The notes beneath the pieces were generated by a model. It saw only the letters and a list, made by a program, of their open reading frames with translations. It searched no databases and was not told the DNA's origin. A DNA stretch of 64,000 nt from Octopus bimaculoides (Eukaryota): positions 100,541,749 through 100,605,748 of the forward strand of contig NC_068981.1 of assembly GCF_001194135.2 (NCBI RefSeq). Direction: 5' to 3'. A program made the translations under genes and the position numbers. Positions 39,300 through 51,054 of this stretch are shown one piece after another (positions within the stretch are counted from its first letter, which is position 1; every line of letters starts with the position of its first letter).

Positions 39300-41900
39300 C
39301 AGTTATTAATTTAACTTAAATATTATTTTTAACGCAGATGGCGTCTCTGATGATGATGGAGAATGACTGGCTCTGGGGAAGTTCATTTTGGTTAATGTAT
39401 TTGGTCAACGCTAAAATGACTTCTGGAAAAAAAAATAAAATAAAGCAAGAAAAAATTCTTTGCGAATATAAGATGATTGATTTAGATTTAAATCAAGAGA
39501 AATCTGAAATTTCTCTTAGAACTTTATTTCTACAACTGATTTACCTTTCCGAAAGGCGGTTGAGGTTCAGAAACTTAACCAAGAGCAGATAACTCCTTTT
39601 TTTTCTAAAATCAGTTATGCCAGCTTTCTCAAGAAAAGTGCATGTAATTGTCATCGCTGAAGATTAACTTTCTAAGTTACTGCAATATTACAAGTGTTGG
39701 CTATGCTCCAAATGTATATTGCAGGATATTGTTCATTCAGCATGACTGTCAATAGATTTTCTTGATTTAACAACTTTTTCGTCGTCTTATTTATCTTTTT
39801 TTTTTTGTATATACCAATGAAGAAAATAAGATGTCTATTTGTTTCTACCTCTACCTGTTCAGTGTCTCATTACTAACAAGTAATGACCAAAACTACTGAT
39901 TTCTGCACTTTTTTTACACTTTCACTATTGTGTGAAACCAGATTAGTTTCGCTGCTGGATCTCTTTAATTCCATTTCGTCCTTTTACCATTTCAATCGTC
40001 CTGGTAAGTCGCACCAAACTATAGTATTTACTTTTTTCAAGGAAATTGTTTAGATAAGAGAACATAATTGTTTTCTCACGGAGAATCGGTTTCATACACG
40101 CACACACGCACACACTTACATACATACATACATACATACATACACACACATACATACATCGTTTATTGTTGATACTAATATTTCATTAAACACATATATA
40201 TTTACCTTTGAATAACTAACCTTACACCTATATTTTCCAGATTAAACACCACTCAAGTTTGTAGCTATAGGAGAAATTATCAACGAAAAATTGAAACAGC
40301 TTTAGTCTTGGAATTATCTAGTGTCGAGTTTGCTATAATAGACTACACTAATGTCCTATCAGATTTATTTTCCTTATTGAATACTTTCGTTCTTTAAATA
40401 TTGTAATATGGAGACACCCTTTTCTAGATTACATTTCTTTTTATTTAGTATTTAATCAAGATTGTTTTTGTGAAGTTGCATAACTAAACACATCATCTCG
40501 TACGACGCTATGTAGATTCCCAAAATGCATCCTAAATGTCTAACAGAATTAAAATAGAAAAGACGTTTATCTCGAATTGTCTAAACTGAGCGTATTCCTA
40601 TGGCACATAGTCATTCGAACGGTTAGATGCAATCCTCTGTTCTATTGTTTTGAATTTAACGTACTGTACACTCAAACATGCAGCAGTTTATGATATGATG
40701 TGCAGTGATACAGTTTGGACATGTTGCACTCAAACTACTGCATGTTCTTGTGTTATTGTTGTTTAGATCCATTCTTTCTTCATGGAAGGGTTTAAGTATA
40801 TCCAGAGCTACTTTATCCAATATGACCTTCTTTTCTAAAACGGCAAATCGTGATTTTATAGGAATTTGGCTGCTATTTCCAGTCGATCCAACGACTACGC
40901 AGAGGCTACTTTCAATGGTTCACTTCTCTTGCTGTTCGTTAGCTTCAAATCAGCTCTGAACGAGCAAAGCTATTCCAGCCATGACGATCACAATTTTTAT
41001 CTTCCTTTGTATATCTTGGATAACACTCTCCAATGTCCCCTTTGTTATGACTGTAGGGTGTTACAGGGCATGAGTATCAAATTATGATGGATTTAGCTGC
41101 CATTTCTAGAAAATAGAATCTTCGTTCTCTATATCTGTAGGTTTTGGTGGGACCGGGGCCCCACAGCGGAGCTAAACTTTATCTGAGAGTAATCTGGGAC
41201 ACTGACGTACAAAAGCATACATGCATTTTGTTGTTTTGGAAACAACATCCTCTCTTTTCCGTCTTTCACTAATCACCCTTATCCTAATACCTAACATTTT
41301 AAACTGCATACCTTACGGTTTCATGCAAGGGCACCCCGAAGGGCTACACGTAGTGCATTTTAGGACACGATATATATATATNNNNNNNNNNNNNNNNNNN
41401 NNNNNNNNNNNNNNNNNNNNNNNNNNNNNNNNNNNNNNNNNNNNNNNNNNNNNNNNNNNNNNNNNNNNNNNNNNNNNNNNACACACACACACACATCATT
41501 TTGGGCTTGGCTTAAGAATCGAAACCGTAACTTAAATTTTACTCCAATATCCCCCCCCCCCCTTTGTCTAACGTCTAGTGCATCAAAATTAATGAGATCG
41601 GCTGTTATTTTTATCACATTTCCTTAGTTTAAGTAGTTTCCATAGGTCACCGGGAGTTGAAGAGATACCAAAAACGTCTTAAATCCGTTTGGATGTTACA
41701 GGGCATGAAGTTCACATTCGGCCTCACTATGTCCACTTGCTATCCGCCATCCCCGTCCACTCCTCTCTCTCTCTCTTTCTCTCTTTCTTCCTCCCTCTCT
41801 CATTTATTGTTCTTTCAGTTAGTAGCAACTGTTGACCTTGATAAAGATTGACATTGAAAGTATTTATGCAATAGCTTTTAACAAATTTGTTTTGAAAATA
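39300..41900. promoter_or_regulatory. CpG-retaining region, candidate promoter
   Basis: Visibly more CpG than the flanking intronic DNA (not counted). Donor-like CTG|gtaagt at 40004 (+) and AAG|gtaaat at 39544 (-). Confidence 0.3.
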
Positions 41901-43145
41901 TAAGACATCATCCACTTTAATTCGTTATTGATACTCAAATTACTTCATAATGTTTCTTATTTCTTTAGCCAAGTTATGATTGAAGTATTAAAGAACAGAA
42001 AACAGTTCACTAATTATTAGATGGGACATACATTTTAAGATAAAAACAAGATTCGTTGTTAATATTCAACAGTATAAAGAGATGAGAGTTAAAAACCCAG
42101 TGTTCAATGCAGTCACACAACCTGCTAGAAATAACAGCTAAGTTTTTCTCCAATCACACCCTGTTGAGGAAACGTTGGATAATGGGACAAAATTTCAAAT
42201 TAGTGGCTTCATACTTTTATTTATTTATTTATTTATTGGTGTTTCTTACGAAAATTACAATTTTGAAAAAGATTTTTGTCTAAAAGAATAAAAGTTTCAG
42301 GTTTTTACATTTTTGCACCTCACCCTCCCTGCCTTCCATAACCATTTCCTCTCCTATGAAGAAAAACACTACTTCTAATATAGCCGAAGATGTACCCTTA
42401 AAAAGACAAGATGGTCAAGGTTGGAATGCCTTTGGTCATTGGTCTGCTCAGTCAGGGCCAACTTGGCCCAAAATTACATGAGGAGTATTGACTAACAGAG
42501 GAATATTGGTTTCTTGAGTATATACATACACACACACACATGATGGGCTTCTTTCAGTTTCCACCTTTCACATCCATTCAAAGCCTAAGGTGACACAGTG
42601 CTATAGTGGAAGACACTTGCCCAAGGTACCATGCAGTGGGAAATCTGAAAGCATGTGGGTGAGAAGCAAGCTTCTTACCACACACCCAAGCCTATACTTA
42701 TATAAAACTTACTTTGCAGTGTGAAAGACACATTAGCCATTCAAAAACACATGAAGACTGTTAACTTCCTTTAAACATTTAGTATTTGTTATATGGTTTC
42801 AAAATGTTCATCACTTGAAACTGTGACCCAGTCAACAGTCTTTGTGTAATTTGAATGGCTAACGTGTCTTCCACATTGCAATTGGTCCCAGATCAAATCA
42901 CTTGCCTGCTACTTACTTTATTAATACCAAAGGGATAGAAGGCAAAGCTGATTCTAGTAGGATTCAAACATATAACAAGGTATAGCAAACTCCTAACAGT
43001 AGAACAGTTCAACTAACCATTTCATGTGCCTTATCAGATTTGGTAAAATTAGTTGTTTTGACTGATACTTGTTGCACAAACTGGGTAGGGTTTGGAGTAT
43101 ACCATTTAACAAAAATAAATAAATACACTCCTTTTATCTCTACAC

Positions 43146-43357
43146 CAGTGATTCTCAACCAGGGTCCATATAGGCTCTTATGAGTCCATATAAGAATTCA
43201 TTGTTAAAATTTATGTGCAATAAACTGGTTATATTTCTGCAATACAAATATTTAAACATTTTTTTTTTATAGACACCAAATGGCTGTGAGGGCCCCACCC
43301 CCTGAGTAAAATAGGAATCAAAGGGGTCCATGAGCAAAAACTGGATGAGCACCACTG
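43146..43357. mobile_element. hAT (Charlie-like) MITE
   Basis: CAGTGATTCTCAACC...GAGCACCACTG; 8-bp TSD ctctacac / ctgtacac (7/8 match). Confidence 0.85.
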
Positions 43358-43643
43358 CTGTACACTATAGTCAGTGGCATAGTTAGAGTGTGTGGAGTCC
43401 ATGTCTTCCCCCCATCCCACTCCCACCGTCTTCTTTACAGATTTATACAACAAACTCAAAGTGCTACCCACATATAAATATCATCCAAGGCAGACTGCCC
43501 CTATCAACCCTCACCCCCACTAGCCATGCCACTAACTGTGTAACTCATTCCTCTAATGTGCAAAATGTCTGTAACTTTTATTATCTATGCCAGTCATAGA
43601 CAACTTGTGATTTGCAAGATTTTCTGAATGACATGCCCAACAA

Positions 43644-43722
<79 letters not shown>

Positions 43723-44616
43723 TTTTTATCTTTTTGTAATGTGGTCTGCCAATGATGTGCCTTGTTTCATGCAGCCTACTTCTTGAAAAAAAGTTGTTCA
43801 TGTCTTATCTATGCAGGGAAAAAAAATTTTTTATGAAACATTCTAAGTAAACAGTGAATTAATTCACCAACTGTATATAGTATCATTTCAGCAGATGCCT
43901 AATATAATATAAATGGTTATCATTAAGAGAATATCTACTTGTATAATTTCTATTCACATATCATTTTTTTCATCATCATCATTTTAATGTCCACTTTTCC
44001 ATTCTTTCATGGGTCAAACAGAATTTGTTGAGGTGGATTTTCTGTGGCCAGATGCCCTTCCTGCCACTAACCTTCACTTGCTTCCAAGTAAGATAATATC
44101 GGTTTCAAATTCTATTGCAGTGAAAAACAGTTAATAATATAATAGTTCATTGTGCCATGGGTTGCTTAGCTTAATGGTACAAAGCACTTAACTGGAGTTT
44201 CAGAGATACAGGGTTCAATCCCCAATAGTGGCCTGCTAGCCACTTAAAGGTGGCAAGATGTCAGAATCATTAGCATACTGAGCAAAACGCTTAGCAACAT
44301 TTTGTCCATCTTTACATTCTCAGTTCAAATTCTGTTGAGATCGACTTCATCTTTCATCCTTTTGGGGTTGATAAAATAAGTACCATTTGAGCACTGGAGT
44401 CGATGTAATTGACCAACCCCTTCTAGACTTGCTGGCCTACTGCCAAAAATTTGAAGTCAATATATTATAGTTTATTATTGTTACTAGTAATGTTTTATTA
44501 AACACCTCCATATTTACTTCATCTCCACTCTCTTCTGCTCTCCTCGTATCATCACTATTTTTTATCTTTCCAGCTCTTCCCTGAGCCTCTCTTACACACA
44601 CACATACACACACACA

Positions 44617-46493
44617 CAGAGGTGGGCACCGTTAATTGAAAAGTTAACTTCGTTAATCCGTTAGTTCTTTGAAAATGCAACGGAACGTCAATGCGTTAAC
44701 GTTTATTGAAAAAAGGCATAACTACAGTTTAGTACCCCACCAATTTTGTTGCCTCATAACTTTCAGAAGTATTTGATATTTTTTAACGAAACTTTCACCA
44801 AATAATTGCTTATATCCTGTAGATTGAGTGTATGCAATGATTTGTTGGAAAAAATTTATGAGGGGTTGGGGGGAGGAGTTTCGGAAAATTCACAGGACCC
44901 GACATTTTCCCCCTCGTAACTTTCTGGAAAACAGGTATTTCTTAATAAGATTTTATGCTAATACCTTTCAAACGGTGTAGATTAGGATTACAAAGAAATT
45001 TGTGGGTAAAATTTTTGGAAGGGGGCGGGGTAGGAGTTTCAGAGCAGACGGCCCACGTAAGTTGGAATTTCTCCGTTTTGACGGGGATTTTTTCCAATGT
45101 TTTTCACCAAANNNNNNNNNNNNNNNNNNNNNNNNNNNNNNNNNNNNNNNNNNNNNNNNNNNNNNNNNNNNNNNNNNNNNNNNNNNNNNNNNNNNNNNNN
45201 NNNNNNNNNNNNNNNNNNNNCAATAGATGTGTGAGTGAGAAAGAAACGAGGAGGGAGGTTTTGGGATGTGCTAGAAACAACAGCCAGCTCTTTAAATCAT
45301 ACATTTTCCTCTTAAATTGTTAACAATTTAAGAGGAAAATGTATGATTTAAAGAGCTGGCTGTTGTTTCTAGCACATCCCAAAACCTCCCTCCTCGTTTC
45401 TTTCTCACTCACACATCTATTGATATTTTTCTCCCCATAAACAAATTTTATGGAATATTGATGTCAAAGTAACACACATGTAGTCCCAACTGAACGAATC
45501 CGTGTTATGTGTGTGTGTGTGTAAGAAAAAAAAATCACTTAAAAACACCTTTAGTGTTCATATTAATCTGTCAAATGTAATACTTATTTGTCCACGTTAT
45601 TTTGAATTATTCAGGTTCAAAAGGTGTGTCCACAATATTTGCTTGTAACTTTGTAAATTTTTTATATACAGATTTGTAATTTTAACAGTGTGTGCTTTAT
45701 ATAGTTAGGTAACTTTATATAGTTATGTAACATTGGTTTATAGTTACGTAACTTTAGTTGATCTTGCTCAGTAAATTTGACTTTTATGGGCAGGTAAATT
45801 TAATTAACAGGTGTAAAAGCAATAACATTATGGATAAGCACTAAAATTGAAATTCTTAATGTATCTTACCTGTTTGATTTGTTACTAAAATTATCCCAAA
45901 TGGCAACTGACAAAAATTTTGCCACTTTTCAAGATGAAGTACATTAATTTGAATTAATTAAAATACAGGTATAATCGGTACAAGATTTTATTCTTTCGGT
46001 AAATATTTCGTACTTCAGTGTGGAATAATTTTTATTCACAGTTTTTTGGGGTGTATTCAACGTATCTGACCTCCAAACCTGCTGCAAGCCACTTTTTTCT
46101 GGAAAGGAAAGGTAAGAGGGGCAGTGGAGACTGTTCCCTCTTGACAGGACAAAGAAATTTCCCACTGTTTTTGCAAGCAACAAGCAGGTGGATTTGGTTT
46201 CAAATCCAGGCAAGGCCAAACAAGATCCCACAAGTTATTTATAATAATAAGTAGTGTTATATCGGGGTTGAAAGAATGACACATACAATATTAAATATGC
46301 TAAGACAATCTGAAAACAATAGATATTTTTAAACGTTTACTAGTTTTTATGAGCTTTTGGGGTTAACAGACTCGAGTTAATGGAAGTTAACTAGTCTGAT
46401 AATGATTTTCAAAGTTAACTTAAAAGTTAAATCGTTAATGAAAATGTTAACTTCATTAATTAACAATTAACGGATTAACGGACTTAGCCCAGC

Positions 46494-46497
<4 letters not shown>
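44617..46497. mobile_element. Non-autonomous DNA element of about 1.9 kb (hAT-like ends)
   Basis: Termini CAGAGGTGGGC / GCCCAGCTCTG, subterminal GTTAAC/CCGTTAA motif clusters at both ends, CpG-rich. Flanked by (CA)n and (TA)n, so no TSD is resolvable. Confidence 0.65.
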
Positions 46498-46529
<32 letters not shown>

Positions 46530-47170
46530 AGGAGACCCCCTTCAGTCATGAATGACCATGGGATTGTACCTAGAAAGTTACCCTCTGAGGCACAAGTCCA
46601 GGCAAGGTTGTTTTATGGAAGGCTAGCAATCACCCATGCATACCACCCTTTCCTCTCCACACCACTGATGTTATCTAATGGGAAGACAAAGGCCGATAGA
46701 GCTTGACACCAGTGATGTCGCAACTCATTTCTACAGCTGAATTAGCTGGGGCAATATGAAATAAAGTGCCTTGCTCAAGAACACAACTCAAACCCGGTCC
46801 AGGAATCGAACTCACAACCTCACGATCGTAAGCTCGACACTCTAACTACTGAGTGTGTGTGTGTCATCTGAGAGTTCATAAGTCAGAAAAAAATGCACCC
46901 ATATATCTGTCAATAGAGAGGGTATATTATCTGAAGTGTACAGTATTATATATCCACTATGGCTGATCTTACCAATCAGTTTCGTGTTAGGGAATTATGT
47001 AACTTTGTGCTCATCAGAAGTAGCTGATGTCGCCATGTTTCATTCCATATCTGATGAATGCAGAGTTACATAATCGGATTGTTACCTAAGACTCCATTGA
47101 ATCCTTAGCACAAAACTGATTGGTAAGATCGGCCGAAATAGACATACAATATTATACACTTCAGATAATG

Positions 47171-48361
47171 TACAGGGGTTCGACAAAATAATGGAAACAC
47201 CTTAAAATTTCAAACAAATTTATTTTAATATGGGGTAGGACCACCTTTGGCAGTAATTACAGCTTGAATTCTACGAGGTATGGACTCGTACAAAGTTTGA
47301 ATTGTTTCCAAAGGAATTTTTGTCCATTCTTCAACTAAAACAGTCTCCAGTTCTTGTAGTGATGATGGTGGAGGATATCGACTCCTTACTTGTTTTTCTA
47401 AAATACACCATAAATGTTCAATAATATTGAGATTTGGAGACTGTGGTGGCCAGATAAGATGTTCAACTTCACTAGAANNNNNNNNNNNNNNNNNNNNNNN
47501 NNNNNNNNNNNNNNNNNNNNNNNNNNNNNNNNNNNNNNNNNNNNNNNNNNNNNNNNNNNNNNNNNNNNNNNNNNNNNNNNNNNNNNNNNNNNNNNNNNNN
47601 NNNNNNNNNNNNNNNNNNNNNNNNNNNNNNNNNNNNNNNNNNNNNNNNNNNNNNNNNNNNNNNNNNNNNNNNNNNNNNNNNNNNNNNNNNNNNNNNNNNN
47701 NNNNNNNNNNNNNNNNNNNNNNNNNNNNNNNNNNNNNNNNNNNNNNNNNNNNNNNNNNNNNNNNNNNNNNNNNNNNNNNNNNNNNNNNNNNNNNNNNNNN
47801 NNNNNNNNNNNNNNNNNNNNNNNNNNNNNNNNNNNNNNNNNNNNNNNNNNNNNNNNNNNNNNNNNNNNNNNNNNNNNNNNNNNNNNNNNNNNNNNNNNNN
47901 NNNNNNNNNNNNNNNNNNNNNNNNNNNNNNNNNNNNNNNNNNNNNNNNNNNNNNNNNNNNNNNNNNNNNNNNNNNNNNNNNNNNNNNNNNNNNNNNNNNN
48001 NNNNNNNNNNNNNNNNNNNNNNNNNNNNNNNNNNNNNNNNNNNNNNNNNNNNNNNNNNNNNNNNNNNNNNNNNNNNNNNNNNNNNNNNNNNNNNNNNNNN
48101 NNNNNNNNNNNNNNNNNNNNNNNNNNNNNNNNNNNNNNNNNNNNNNTGACCTCTTTGAAAGTCTGATAGATCTGTCATTTTAATGAATTTTAATTACCTT
48201 TTTCTGATGATATCTGAAAAGAAACAGCAATTTTAGCAAAACATATTAAGTAACACTAATAATAAATCAAAAAACATAAAAATAAACAAGCTTTTGATGG
48301 TTTTATAGATATTTCAAAATTATGATGCTAGGTATTTCCATTATTTTGTCCAACCCCTGTA
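47171..48361 (-). mobile_element. Tc1-family transposon; most of the transposase lies in an N gap
   Basis: TA|CAGGGGTTCGACAAAATAATGGAAA...TTTCCATTATTTTGTCCAACCCCTG|TA. Visible peptides MTDLSDFQRG and WPPQSPNLNIIEHLW...IPRRIQAVITAKGGPTPY*. Confidence 0.92.
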
Positions 48362-48367
48362 TATATG

Positions 48368-49641
48368 CAGGGTGCGTAAGATATTTGAGGACAGATTTAT
48401 GTTTATAAAAAAACAAATATATAGTAACAGATAATAACTTAATTTATCAAAGAATGCTATGAGGATAAAAATAAACCTTTTTTTCTATAATGTTATTTAA
48501 TAAAACCACCTTCAGCTTCAAAAACTGCTTCTATATGAGATTAAATCATCTACATGCTCGAATCAAGTGGTCCTGGTTCATTTTGGACATTACTCTGACT
48601 ATGGCAGCTTTCATAGAATCTTTAGTGTTACGGCTGTGTTCATTTATCTCTCTCTCTCAACAACGCTCCACATGTAATAGTCCAATGGATTGAGATCTGG
48701 GGAATTAGGAGGCTAAATGTTAGGGGTTATATGATCATGAAAATTTTCAGCCATCCTTTCCTGTGTTACTAGAACCATGTGTAATAGTACAGAGTCTTAC
48801 TGAAACACATATGGCCTTCCATTGCATACTCTGTCTATCCAGAACTTAACAATTATTTCCAGGACCTCAATGTAGGCAGCAGAGTTAACTCTAAGGCCTT
48901 GTGAAAAGAAGTAAGGAGGCATCACATGTCCTTCATTGCTGACAATCCTTAAAATCATGACAGTTGCAGGAAATCTTGTATGCATAACACTTGGAACTTC
49001 CAAAGGGTCTACACATAACCATCTGTCATTTCTTCTGTTAACTTTTTGATCTTGGTCAAAGTTTTTCTCTCGTTTGAGAAAAACCAAATCAAATCTTCTG
49101 CTGGATTTTTCAGTTTGTGTAAGAGCCTTTTAGATCCGATGTAGTGATTTTCTTTTGCTTTTTTGGACAAATTGACCTTTCCTCATCATATAAGACTTAT
49201 ATCTGATGTCTTCATGGACAACATTTCTGACTGTTCCTTCTGACACATGGAGATCTTTTGCAATTGACCTCATGGACTTTTTTGGATTGTAATCAATGGT
49301 CTGTTGAACTTGCTGGATAAATTCATGTGTTCTGATGATTTCAGGGCATTTAGAATGCCTTTTATGCTTTGATACTGGTGATACATTTCCATCTTCAGTC
49401 TCTAGCTCCTTACAAACTTTGTAGACAAAAGATCTGGCAACTTTTAAAACTCAAGATATTTCTAAATCACTATGCTCAGCCTTTATAACCACAATAACAG
49501 CATACCTCTTTGTTTCTTGAGTAAGCTGAGTATCATTCTTGAGTACCATTATTATTTTCTGAAACAAAGATTATACAGAGTTAGCAAAAAATGCAGCAAT
49601 GATCCAAAAAAGGTATATCCTCAAATACCTAACGCACCCTG
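48368..49641 (-). mobile_element. maT (DD37D) Tc1/mariner element, decayed
   Basis: TIRs CAGGGTGCGT(A/T)AG(A/G)TATTTGAGGA. Minus frame gives EKNFDQDQKVNRRNDR...YVFQ*DS...PPNSPDLNPLDYY, with 37 residues between the last two Asp (counted). Confidence 0.88.
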
Positions 49642-50807
49642 TATATATAGTAAGTGACTATGTAGCTCCTCTACAGCAAGAGGCCTTTCCGTTCTGGTTC
49701 CCTTCTCTCTCACTTTAACCACCTCATCTCCTTGGGTAAAGCCACCTCCTTCTCTAATCTGCTCAATTGATGGGATTCTTAGTTTTGCAAGCTTCATGGT
49801 GACCTCACTGGTGTTGGTGCTATGAAAAAGACACTCAGTATGTTCAGTGCAATACTGAATACTTCATGCCTCTGATCCTTTCTGTATATCATCATCATCA
49901 TAACATCCACTTTTCCATGCTCGTATGGGTCAGATGGAATTTATTGTGGTAGATTTCCTATAGCCTGATGCCCTTCCTGTCATCACTAACCCTCATGTGT
50001 TTTTCAAGTGAGGTAATATTTCCCTGTGACCAGACATGTTTTCACAATAGTGGAAACGAACAACACTGTTTGCATTACAGTGAGATTCATTTACAACAGT
50101 CTTGTGATGTGAAGACCATGAAGCAGTAATACATAAACACACGTACATGTCTATTTATGTACCTAAATTTTCCCACGTATAATTTTAGTAACCCTTTCCT
50201 GGTTATCAAACTAAAAGGATTCTTATTATGGCAAATGTTTTGCCACTTTATGATTAGTTGTTAAAGGGCTTACATGCACTTAAAACCTATTCACTGTTTT
50301 TGTTAAAAACTGCTCAACTACTAAAAGTGACATACAACATACTATAAGAAGGATAGTACAAGTCATTTCTTTAGTAAATTTGGTTATGTCTACACTTCTC
50401 CATATTTACCAAAATAAGGAAAACAACACTTGTCATTGATTAATTTTTTTTTCTTTACTGAGAAATTATTTCTAGTTAGCTTTTTAATGCTCCCTGCATT
50501 AAGTATGTTAACACTAATATAACAATCATTATTATGAATCTGACACAAGTAAATCCAATGACAATATATTTGTAATAATAAATATAATAATTTTAAAATA
50601 AACTGGTTATTATGAAGAAGTTTCATCAGCTTAGTTTGAAACAATCCTTTATTCTTCCAGTTCAACTTAACTTGTAAGTTTTTCATTTAATATCGATTTT
50701 CATTGACTTTGTAATTTTCAGTTGAAATTTATAGGTGCTTTCTGTCCTGGATCAATAAAAGAAAGTATAACCACTTATGTTTTCTGTTGTGATTCATTGG
50801 ACATATA

Positions 50808-51044
50808 CAGGGTTGGCCAAAAGTCACCTGACAGTAACTCAAAACCATGTAATTTCAACTTTTATTTATGTTTAACAACCGAATGAAATTTCGATAATAA
50901 ACAGACAAATGTTGAAAAAAAACCATGATTTTAACTCATAGCATTCAATTATTGAACATTCATAATTGGAATGAATAAATAAAATTGAATATTAAGTATT
51001 TATGGAATTTTGATTTACTGTTGGGTGACTTTTGGCCTACCCTG
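50808..51044. mobile_element. Tc1/mariner-type MITE (237 bp)
   Basis: 30-bp TIRs CAGGGT(T/A)GGCCAAAAGTCACC(TG/CA)ACAGTAA, with TA on both sides. Confidence 0.9.
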
Positions 51045-51054
51045 TATATATATA

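Noticed and set aside
39338-39367. Possible terminal exon DGVSDDDGE* or start MASLMMMENDW after acceptor aacgcag
   Set aside because: No partner exon or recognisable homology was found.
45221-45422. Perfect 202-bp spacerless palindrome centred at 45321/45322
   Set aside because: It begins exactly at a gap edge, has no mismatches, and each arm is 101 bp, a common short-read length. This is most likely a fold-back assembly artifact; long reads would decide.
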